This document shows, one piece after another, positions 24,284 to 35,002 of a stretch of DNA of 64,000 bases. The translations under genes and the position numbers were made by a program. Every line of letters begins with the position of its first letter. The stretch's first letter is position 1. The notes beneath the pieces were generated by a model. That model was not told where the DNA came from and ran no database searches. It was given only the letters and a program-made list of their open reading frames with translations. The DNA lies in assembly GCF_009834535.1 (NCBI RefSeq), contig NC_045698.1:1924001-1988000 (forward strand), written 5' to 3'. Source of the stretch: Camelus ferus (lineage: Eukaryota).

Positions 24284-25291
24284 TGTTTCACTTTTCTGTT
24301 GTCACTACGCTCATCACCACAAACCCAGTTTCTGGAATCTGGGGACAGGGCACAGCTTGGCGGGGCCTCTGCTCAGCGTCCCGCAGTCACAGTGTCGTCC
24401 AGGATGGCTTCTCATCAGAGGCTTGACTGGGGCAAAATCCGCTTCCACACCCCCTCAGCTGGTTGGCGCGACTGATGTCCCTGCTGTGATGGCATCGTCC
24501 TGTGTTTCCTCAAGGTTTTGTATTTGTCTATCAGACATCCATTCATTGCAGGAATGAATTCATTATATTTGCTGAGTTATTGGCACCCGGACAGCTGGGG
24601 GCCTTTGGGTCAGGAGGGAGACCACCCCGCCAAGGCTGAGCCCTAATGATAATTGAGCACGCCTGTCAGCCGGCCCCATGCCTGCAGCCCCAGCCGCCTC
24701 CTTGCTGAGACTCTCACACACAAGCCAGTGTTCCCCTGCCCGCATCAGCCCAGGGCCAGGTCCCAGGCACCCAGGACAGCTTCCGTCACAGCCCACGGCC
24801 CAGCAGGATTGCCCAAACCAGCCCTAGGCTGTTTACTCTGCCTGCCTTTCCTGTCCCAGGAAACCCCAAAAGGCTCTGGGTGGGCCTCCTCCCCGCACCG
24901 CTCCTGACCCCCTGGCTTTCCTGTGGCCGTGCGTGGTGGGCGGGGCACGCCGCACCTTCCTCTCGTGGAACAGGTGACTTCTCTCGGCGGCATCAGCCTC
25001 TCCATGTTGCCAACAGGTCATAAATCTGTAAATCAAATCCCCGCTGCAATTTAGAACAAGGGTGCGTGGCAGGCCTCTTCTTCAAAGCCAGAGCAGAGCG
25101 ACAGACGCTGGAGTGAGTCTGCTGGCTACTGGCAAGGTGGGGTATCACACACCCTCGCCTCCCGCGGTGGCGCCCCTCACCCAGGCCGCATTCTGTTGGT
25201 TAGAAGCAGCCACAGGTCCCCACATGCACGGGGAGGGGGTCTCCACCAGGACCAGGATCGTGGGACCACCGTAAAGTTTGTCCTCAGCCGT
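24284..25291 (-). mobile_element. MaLR LTR (MLT1F-like), split by a MER74-like LTR
   Basis: Left part ... ctcatcagaggcttgactggggcaaaatccgcttcca ...; right part cttcttcaaagccag ... cattctgttggttagaagcagccacaggtcccc ... continues the same consensus after a ~560-bp insert. Confidence 0.7.
24496..25058 (+). mobile_element. ERVL solo LTR (MER74-like)
   Basis: ggttttgtatttgtctatc ... ctctcacac ... cccagggccaggtcccaggcacccaggacagc ... ctaggctgtttactctgcctg ... tttagaaca terminus matches the recalled MER74 consensus along its length. Confidence 0.75.
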
Positions 25292-26300
25292 AAGCATTTT
25301 TAGAAAGATCATGTGAATCGAGTGAAAAAAGTGAAGCACAACTGACATGTGAGTTTTACTGACTCACACGCTCAATTCCCAGGGCTTGTGACTCAGTAAA
25401 CATGAGCTTGGACACTGGGCATCCCTAATCTGCGGGAAATGCACACGCACAGCGGCAGTGACGTGCCCAGCTCGGCGATGTGCCTGGCTCAGTGGGTGTT
25501 CACTTTGATTTAGTGGATTAAGTGTCTGATTCAGCAGAAAATTCGTGTTGTGTCAACAGGTGAGGAGCACATGTGATTTCGCCTCTGATGGGTACGGCTC
25601 TACCGGTGATCTGCTTCCTTCTGGTCGGTGTTTATTTTTCCTGTGAATGATTTATCTGCTTTAGAATGAGCTGTGTCAACTGCTGCACATGGTATATTAA
25701 TTTCAGGGTGTTATGCAAACATTTCCTCCATAATATACCTTATTCCATCTTTATTTGCTTTCACTGGCAACATCATATCCTTTTTTTATTTGAATTAAGT
25801 AGCTTTCTTCTCAGCAGGGTGTAGAGGACAGGACTGGGGCACGTGGAAGACGAGGTCTCCTTTAAAACCATTTTTATTAACTCTCATCTGAGAGTGTTAG
25901 CACATTAAGCATTTTGTTTCTAATATTCCAAAATTTACTGTTGTTTTAATTCCAGAAATCTGGGGTTTATCTTTTCTGTAGTTATAATCAAATGCTGCTT
26001 CACTGAAATGTTACAGGAGTTTTAAACTATTTAAAAATGACCTCATGACATATCGGGTGGCTTAATGAGGTCAGGGGAGGTGGGGTGTGACTGCTCACGG
26101 TCCAGCCAGGACGTGGGCACAGGGAGCCGGTGGGAGCTCACAGACCAAGGGCAGCCAGAGAGAAGGAGGGCACAGTGGGAGGGCTCATCAGAGCACTGGT
26201 TCTCCTCCCCTGGAGGGGAATCTTTGGGCCTGTTTCCAAATACCAGTGCTCTCCTGATCCTGTCTCAAACCCCAAAGTCACACTAGTGCTCCATCCAGAA

Positions 26301-26403
26301 CCATCACTGTACACCAGGCAGTGCCCGGTCTGGGGCCATCACTGTACACTGGGCGGTGCCCGGTCTGGGGCCATCACTGTACACCGGGCGGTGCCTGGTC
26401 TGG
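26301..26403. repeat. 35-bp tandem repeat, ~3 copies
   Basis: Unit CCATCACTGTACACYRGGCRGTGCCYGGTCTGGGG at 26301, 26336 and 26371 (last copy 33 bp). Confidence 0.95.
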
Positions 26404-26574
26404 TTGCATTTATGACACATTAAAGAAGTTCTAAACTGCTTAAAGACAGCCTTGAGTGCAGACACCTCGCTTTGCCACTCACAGGCTGACACGCATAATG
26501 TAAGGTAACACAGCAAACATACGTGAAATAACAATAGAACAGTGCCAGACCCAGAACCATCATTCCGTGTGTGT

Positions 26575-29160
26575 GTGTGATTTTGTAGTGTAAGATGCAT
26601 ACAGTGAAATGTTCAACTTTAAATGTACCATTTCCCCATTTCATAAATTTATTTAAAAACACAGACTGTATCCATCACCCCAGAATTCAAGTGTCTTCCA
26701 TGCCCCTTGCCAGTCGGTCTGCTTCACCCTGGAAGCAGTCCCCTCCCCTCCTTCTGTGCCACGTGTTACTTTTGCTGCTTCTGGAGAACTCCGCGGAGGT
26801 GGGGTCAGCGGCACCGAGCCTACGGGTTGCGGTCTGTCACCGAGCAGAGCGGCTCTGACGTCGTCTGGGCTGTACCGACACCGCGTCGCTGTGATTCTGA
26901 ACAGACTCCCTGGGGGTGAGCAGGGCCCAGGCGACGTGTCCCTCCTCCGGTGGACGTTCTCCCAGCTCTGGCTGCTGAGAATGAAGCCGCTGTGACCGTT
27001 GCTGCGCGGGGCTTTGGTGGCTGCGATTTCCCTCGCCTTGGGTAAGCGCTGGGGGTGCTCACGGTGAGCGCCGCCGCCGAGCGGGCGGAAGCACGCCTGG
27101 AAGCTCAAGGAGCCTCCGGAGCCGCTTTACTGTGTGGCCGTCCCGCCCCCAGCGGGCGTCCCGGGCGCTCCGTGCACTGCGCGCGCTGCTGCCCTGCTGC
27201 TCCCAGACGTCAAGTCGTCGCCTTGCTGGGCACGTGGCACTCGGCTGCTTCAGCTCGCGGAGGCCGGACGGTGCTGGGCGCCCCCTCGGTTGCCTTGTCG
27301 TGCCTGCTTTGTGTCTCTGCCGTTCTGCCTCCTGTGTGTTTTTCTCAGGTTGCTTGTCTTTCCCGCTTGCTGCGTTGCGGGAGTCCTTTCTGTCCCACAG
27401 TCCAGGTCTGTCAGTTACCTTACTCCTAACGCTTTCTCCCACTTGCTGAGAAGGTGTTGTGGTTTTTGTTTAGTTTCGTTTTGGTTTGAGGTTTCGGTTT
27501 TTGTTTTGTTTTTTGGTGAGCAGACATTTTTAATTATGATTAATTTCAATTTATCAATAGTTTATTTTATGACTCAAGCTCTTTGGACACTTCGAGGAAA
27601 TCTTTGCTTACCTCGTGATTCAGAAGAAGTTCTTCAGTTTTTCCCTGGAAGATTTACTGTTCGCACTTACATTTAGGTCTATGAACTGCCCTAAACTGGT
27701 TTGTGCACAGTGCAGGACACCAGCAAAGGCTTTTTGTTGGTTTGTTTCTTGTTTCGGCATGTGAGGACTTAGCTATTGAAGTGCTATTTACTGAAGAAAC
27801 TCTCCTTTTTTCATGAAGTTTCTTTGGCACTTTCGTTGAAAATCATTTGCTCTCTTATGTGGATCTGTTTCTGGATTTCTTACATTGTTCCACAGATGCA
27901 TTCTGAGATCATTGCTCTCATATTATGTCACTTTAATTACCCACACTTTTGTAGTAAGTTTTGAATTCATGGAGACTATTTCCTTCATTCTTTTGGGGAG
28001 TGTATGTATGTGCACTATTTTTGGTCATTTGTCTTTTTCAAAAAAATTTAAATTATCTTGTCAATTTCTAGAAAAAAATTGTTAAAATTTTACTGAAATT
28101 GCATTGATAGAGATCAGTTTAGGGAAAACTGGTATCTTAGCAATACTGAGTCCTTTAGCACATATATCTCTCCCTAATTAAATGTTCTTCAATTTACTTC
28201 ATCTGCATTTTATAATTTCCAGTGTGGAGTCTTATAAACTTTTTACTTCTACTATAGAGTTGATATTTTTGATGATACTGTCAATGGTTTTGGTTTTTCA
28301 GTCTAACTTTCTAACTGTCCATTTCAAGCATACACAAATATGCCTCCTTAATGTGGAGTACTGCCATGGGTTAAATTCACCTGTTTCAGCAATGATCTTA
28401 GAGACTCCTGAGGCTCTTCCACCTCCACTAGTGTGAGGTCTGCGACCCAGTCCCACCTCTTCCCGCCTGAAGTCGTTTATCGTCTTCCTGCACTGGTTAG
28501 AGCCTCCACATCGACGCTGCGTGGAGGCGATGGGAGGGGGCTTCCTGGTGGTCTCTGGCCTGAGGCAGAAAGCACTCGGTTCTTCACCGTCAGTGGGACG
28601 CGGGCTGTGGACCCTTCACCGGGCGCCTTTATCCTTTGATGATGTTCCCTTCTTCTTCTGTGCGGCTTTATTATGTGCACTTTATATTTTGGCAGATTTT
28701 CCCTACATTTATTAACATGATTCTACGCCCTCTTTTCTCCCTCAGTCTTTAATGTGGTGGATCATACAGACTAACTTCTGTATGATAAACTGATCTCACA
28801 TCTGGAAGATAATATATTGTCCATTGCATATATTGCTGCATTCAGTTTTTAATATTTTTTGAGAATTTTTGTGTCTATGTTTATGAGGGACATTGGAGTT
28901 TAATTTTTTGGCTTTGTTTTCAGGGCACTAATGGCCTTGTGAAATGATTTAGAAAGTGTTTCCTTCTTCTCTAAGTTTTGAAAGAGTTTGTTTAGAATTG
29001 GAATTATTTCTCCCTTAAATATTTGATAGGAATTATAAACAGTAAAACTCTCTGAGCTTGACATTTTCTGTGGTAAGATTTTAAATTCTAATGATTTTAG
29101 TTTTCTGAATGGAACAAGGCTGTTTAGATTTTTAATTTCTTCTTGAGTCAATTTTTTAAA
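26575..29160 (-). mobile_element. Ancient L1 (L1MB/MC/ME-type) 3' UTR and ORF2 relic
   Basis: Colinear minus-strand L1 tracts, e.g. aatttcaatttatcaat ... acatttaggtctatg and ttggaattatttctcccttaaatatttgatagg. The ORF at 28900-29151 translates to ORF2-like YQIFKGEIIPILNKLFQNLEK. Confidence 0.8.
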
Positions 29161-29264
29161 AAAAAATCAACTTCATTTCAATTGTTTATTTGCATATTTC
29201 CAATAGATAAATGAGGGTGGTGTAGAGTTGAAGGTACTAGAAGAAATGTTGAATTCATATTGCC

Positions 29265-29635
29265 TTTTTTAAATATGTATTTTTATTGAAGTGCAGTCAG
29301 TTTACAACACTGTATCAATTTCTGGTGAACAGCACAGTGCGGCCATCATATAGGGACACACATATATTCATTTCCATACTCTCTTTCCCCATAGGATGCT
29401 ATAAGGTATTGCATACAGTTCCCTGTGCTGTGCAGTATGAACTTGTTGTTTATCTATTTTATATATATTAGTCAGTATCTGCAAATCTCGAACTCCCAAT
29501 TTGTCCCTCCCCACCCCCTTGTCCCCCTGGTAACCATAAGTTTGTTTTCTATGTCTGTTTCTGTTTTGTAAATAAGTTCGTGTTTTTTTTTTTTTTTTTT
29601 AAGATTCCATATATAAGTGATGTCATGCGGTAATT
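29265..29635 (-). mobile_element. Artiodactyl-type L1 3' end
   Basis: tttattgaagtgcagtcagtttacaac ... gttccctgtgctgtgcag ... ctggtaaccataagtttgttttctatgtctg ... agattccatatataagtgat. Confidence 0.9.
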
Positions 29636-29906
29636 TTCTGATTTGGGCAGTTTTGGGACATTGGGCAGATCTAATTTCGCCCACAAAGTGTCTGTGTCTT
29701 CATCCCAGAAAGTAAATTGTCGACGGGCAGAGGTTACAGTCAGTTTTGGCCACTGTGGCACCTGCACCCTGAGTAGCTCCCAGTGCAGACAGCGCCCCCA
29801 GTAAGCACATGGTCAACAGGCAGCTAATGCCTGGTGACCTGCAGGAAACCCGCAGTAGAATCCAGCTCAGGCTCATCTGGGAGCAACGTGAGGATAACTT
29901 CCTCCG

Positions 29907-30340
29907 TGTACAGATCCCTGGGGCCGCCATGCGAGCTCCCACAGACGGGGAGACTTAGACAACAAGAATGGACCCTCCTGAGCTTGGGGGATGGAGTCCG
30001 TCCTCAGGCTGTGAGCAGGGGTGTGCTCCCTCCAGCGGCCCTGAGGGGGATCCGTTCCTGCCTCTTCCAGCCCTGCTGGGTGCAGGTGTCCTGGGCTTGT
30101 CACTGCGGTCTCTGCTCCATCGTCTCCTGGTCTTCTCCCCCACTGTGAATGTCTCCCTGCCTCTGCCTCCCCCTGACAGAAACACCTGTGATGGCACTTA
30201 GGGCCCGTCTGGTTCATTTAGGATGTGCTCCTCTTCTCAAAATCCTTAACTCAGTCTCATCGTTTGCCCTAAAAGTTAACACACACACGCGTTTCAAGGA
30301 TTTGGATGTGGAATCTTTGGGACCAGTGTCCACCACCACA
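29907..30340 (-). mobile_element. MaLR solo LTR (MLT1D-like)
   Basis: ggggatccgttcctgcctcttccagc ... acacctgtgatggcacttagggccc ... tctcaaaatccttaactcagtc ... caccaccaca terminus. Confidence 0.8.
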
Positions 30341-31339
30341 TGGCCCCCATTCCCATAGTGAGATGGGGGCATCTATTCCAGTCTTTGCTTCTCATAGGAG
30401 CTGGCATTGACGCAGGAGCCGGTCACTCCCAGGGACCCCCTTCTGTGCTGCTTGAGACACCAGCACGTGTAACAAGGAGCCTGGCCTTTCAGGACGACCA
30501 GTCGCTAATGGAAGAGCCCACGCTTCTGTCATCAGCCCCAAATGTGTTTTACATTCTTGCAGATGGAATACCTTTTGTAGCAAAGTGTAAGTGGTTATGG
30601 GACTGTTAGGAACAGAAACCTTTGCTTCTACTTCTGAGCCACTTCAGTCCGTGACACAAAGCACAGAGAAAAGGACAAACCCCTGCACATCGGGTCACAT
30701 GAAGGCAGTGCCTGCAGTCTCCAAACTATTCGGTTTCAATAGGTTCCTCTTGTCTACACATCGCTCGGGGCTTCAAGTTTTGGGCAGGTTTTAAGGTAAA
30801 CAGAGCCTGAATTCCAAGCCGCCCCTGTACCCGTGATGACCCCGGCTTTATTAGTAATGAGAGCTGATGACATCATCTTTTGACAGCCATGATCTTTAAC
30901 CTGGTTTGATCTAAACCAGACTCCTTGGGGATGATATCATTAAGGTAAATCCCTGGAAAGAGCCCTGGCCTCCTCAGTGTAAACCGCTGAGGGGCATCGA
31001 GTTACTGGGAATGGCTTCGCCATCACGCTTTCCTTCCGTGGGCAACGCAGACTGGGTCAAACTGCGGAGAAGGGCCGGGGATTATGGGCGCTGTTTTCAG
31101 TAATAACACCCCAAACCACAGCAGAATTCTAATCACGCATACGGGCAGACTGTTTAAATATGGCTTTTGTCCTTCTCTGACAGGTTTAAGTTCTGAGAGT
31201 TTACACGTCACCCCATGTTTGGAAAGAATGCCTGACGTGTATACAGAGTTGAAATATACCCAGCGTCCCGTGTGCAGGATGAGACGGAGGCACCTCTATG
31301 AGTGTGCCACCTAGCTTGAGCAGTCCCTCGTGAAAACAA

Positions 31340-31520
31340 TCTACAGGTCACATTTATATGAGCCAAGAATGGTACACGTGCATCCACATCTCTACCACCT
31401 TGGCCCCAAGTCCTGGCCATGTCATCTGTCCCCTGCCCCGGGAGAGCCTCCTTCCTGAGCTGCCGGCTTCCGCTGGCATCCTCGCCAAAGCCCTTCTCTA
31501 TGTGACCCCGAAGCACTGAC
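31340..31520 (+). mobile_element. L2 relic
   Basis: ctctaccaccttggccccaagtcc ... agcctccttcctgagctgccggcttccgctgg resembles the L2 ORF2 3' region. Highly diverged. Confidence 0.4.
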
Positions 31521-34455
31521 GCGGGTGTGTCTAGGCTGAAGCAGACCTATAGCCATGCTCGCCTCTGCTGGCCAGCCTCACGTATTTTTTGGTAGCTATA
31601 TACATATTTATGCAACCACAATGCTTATCAACAGCGTTCACAGCTAACTTGATAAGCTATTTCCATAAAGAATTAGCATGCTTTTCTTGCTCTGAGCTAG
31701 GCAGCAGACTTTAATGTCTTCCTGCCCTTAAATCTCTTCCCAGGCCATACATATGATTTTCAAGAAAAGGCTCAACAAACTCTTCAGAAGAGAAACGCAG
31801 TAGATCTCAAATCATTAGAGAAACTACTTTATACTCGAGGTAAACACGGACCTAATCCTGCCGCAAAGGTAAGTCTGACGCCATGGTAGATTCTCCCACT
31901 GACCTTTGTGAAGCTGCTGGGTGATTCGCGTGCTAATGGGGAGGAACAAAGCCCTGGACCACTGGGCTTGTGCAGACGTGCACGTGTGAGCCCAGGGGCC
32001 TCCTGGCTTCCATCACTCACTGCCGCCCTCCTAGCAGGACCCTCCGGAGAAGTCATCTGCTTTGCTCATCTCTGTGCTCGCCACGTCTCCCCTGCCTCGG
32101 GCTCCGAGTGTCCGGAAATTGGCGGCAGAATCTCCAATCACTGGTTCCAAGTCTGGTCGCAGTGGGAGGACTTCCCCTTCCCCCGCCAGGAGCCTGGACG
32201 AATTATCTTTTTGCCCATTGGTTCTGATCTGGCCCCAGCCCATTTCCGAGTAGTAAGTTGGTGCAGCTGAGAATTGCCCTGTACCCGTTCCCTCCTGCCC
32301 TGTGGACCAGGAATGGGCAGGTTGGATCCCGAGGGAGGGCAGTGGGCGGGGTCACCGCGTGTTCCCCAACCCGTCCCTGAACCAGGGGGAGGCGGCGGGC
32401 AGTGGTGACGCACTGGCTGGCACCAGGGGCAGAAGGCTGGTATCCAAGGCCCTTCCTGGGTACCAGTTCCTGGTTGGGTGAGAAGGTTGCAGGATACCCA
32501 GTGCCTCCTGGCTGGGTTTCCTCAACTGTGAAGTGGGAGGGACGCCAACATGCCCCCCGCAGGAGTGCACATCCTTGTGTCACGTTTGCAAAGTGCGAGC
32601 TAATCTGCTGCGGCTTCTCCCTGACAGTGGAGCCGCATCAGGGGCTGAGGGAGGGCTGGGCTTTGTCTGCGGCCCTGGACCAGAGTCTCGCCATGTTAGT
32701 ACCAGCGCCGTGCCCCCTCCGGCTTTAAAGCCAGGAGTTTCTGACACTTTAACACGGTGTAACTTAATCGTGTGTGATTTATGTAGCCATCAGAAGCAAC
32801 AGCAACATCTCCATCCTGGAAACAAATCAAAGTTCAGATATGGGTGCAAACACTAATTACTTTTAACAAGTGCGGGAGAAAGGTGAGGGGAGGCCGGGAC
32901 TGCGTTTGGCCCCGACAGACAGCCGGGCGATAACTCAAGTATTTTTAACACCCGGCGAGGAGAGCTGCCCGGCTGGGGAAGTTTCAGGAAGGGCCCATCC
33001 ACCGCCGACCCGCCCTTTGAAGTGTCCAACGTGAGAAGTGGGCCACATCCATCTTTACAGCCTGGAGTCCCGCGGGCTGCTTTGGGTTAGCGAAGGAATG
33101 TGCACTTACTTGAAACCTGACCCCGGGGCCCCTCAGAGGCTGGGCCGGGGGGGGGGGGGCAGGAGTGACCTTGTAAATTTAGAGAGCGGCTGGGCCAGCG
33201 CTCGGAGCAAATTATTACAGCAGCGGTGATTTCCTGACTTGAAGAAAGCAGAGGGCACGTCTTTAAGCCCTGCCGGGTCAGCCTTCCCCTTAAAGACCAG
33301 TGTGAGAACAGGAGCCTCCGGAGAGTTAGGGCGACCCCGGGGCGAGGCTGCGACTACAGGGGGGCTGCTGGGCAGGGAAAGGGAGGCTGGAAACGGGGAA
33401 GCCTGGCCCCCCCCCCCCCGCACGCGCGGGCCCCTGTCACGAGAGAGCCCGGCCTCAGGAAATCTCTGTGCCCGAAGCGCAACCCACCCAGCAGCTGGTT
33501 GAGCGTGCTTCTGCACCAGAAGTTCAGACCATTCTCTTTAAAATGTGACCACAGCCGCACAGGCCCCCGGAGCAGCCGGCACCCAGGGAGCGTAGAAAAC
33601 GTGCAAAATGCGGAAAACGCAGCTCTGCTGACAGGACCCAGGGCTGCACAGATGCTCTGCGACCCCGCCCCCAAGGGAGCAGCCCCAAGTGGGTCGTGCA
33701 TACGGGGTTCCCTCTATTTAAGGCTGGAGAATGAGGAACAAGGAGGACTTTGCAGAGGTGCTTTACAGATTTAACAGTTTAGAAGTGGGAGAAAGCAGGT
33801 TTCCCCGGGCAGCTCCAAGAGGAAGTGAGCACACGGACCCGGGGAACTTGAATTTACCAGGGCGCGTGGCGACCTGTGGGTGCACAGCCAGGAGGGCCAC
33901 GCTCTTGCCCAGCGACGCGCCCGGCGGTCACAGGGCCTGCAGGAGGTCCTCACTGTGCAGCCCGGTCTTCTCGGCCTCCCACCCGCTTTCCTAAGGGATG
34001 TAGTCTGCTCCTCAGGGCTGGAGCCCCATGGGACGGGTCCTGTCCGGTTGGCACCACCAGTGGCCTTGGGCTCTGCCACCTGTGTTGTTTAGCGGTTTAG
34101 TTTGAGCCCTTTGGTGGCAAGACACCTATGCATGTTGTCTAAACGTAGAGAGAAAAAGGGAAAACGGCTCCCTGCAGAGCCGTGCCAGCCGCCCGCCTGC
34201 TGCATCCTACTCTCAGCCTGGAGGGGCTGCTCGGTGCGCGGTGGGCCCTGCCCGGTGGGGATACAGATATGGACGCTTTTCACTGGAGACTTCCATTCAT
34301 CAGGTCCACCCCCCGATGGCTTGGGACACCCCCAGGGGAGGATGCATAGAAGATGGGGGTTCAGAGAAAGCTGAGGAAGGGGAGCAGACACAGGGTAAAG
34401 GTCCCTGCTCCCTCAGCAGACTTCACTGGCTTAGGGACAGACACCCAAAATGCTC

Positions 34456-35002
34456 TGTGTCAGTCAGGCTGCTCGAGGGAAACGGAACCTGCAAATATAA
34501 ACATAGGTATAGAAACAGATACAGATACAAGTGTGGATACAGATGGTACAGGTATAGATGCAGGCTTAGGTCAGATTTAGATGCAGGTACAGATGCAGAT
34601 GATGCAGATACAGATGCAGATACAGATGCAGATGATGCAGATGAAGATGCAGATGCAGGTGTAAAAACTCATTACAGGGAACTAGATCATAAAATCCTGG
34701 GGCCTGAAAAGCTCACAATCCGCCTTTCCAGCCCGCAGACCCGGGGGGCGGACGGTGTAGTTCCCGTCCTAAATCCGAAGGCAGGTGTCCCAGACGGAAG
34801 TCAGGCAGAGAGCAAACTCCACCCTCCTCGGCCTTTGTGTCCAACTCGGGTCCTTAAGGGACGGGGTGATGACCCCACCCCCCGACCCTGGGAAGGTGAC
34901 CTGCTTCACTCAGTCACCAGATCAAGTGTCATCCCATCTGGAAACCCTCACAGAGATACTGTTGGATTGAATATCTTAGCATCCGTGGCCCTGGCAATCA
35001 CA
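34456..35002 (-). mobile_element. ERVL solo LTR (MLT2B/C-like)
   Basis: tgtgtcagtcaggctgctcgagggaaacggaacc ... agtcaggcagagagcaaactcc ... ctgcttcactcagtcacc ... ggaaaccctcacaga ... atcaca terminus. Confidence 0.8.
34500..34660. repeat. Degenerate hexamer repeat (GATRCA)n inside MLT2
   Basis: agatacagatac ... gatgcagatgatgcagatacagatgcagatacagatgcag read directly. Confidence 0.9.
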
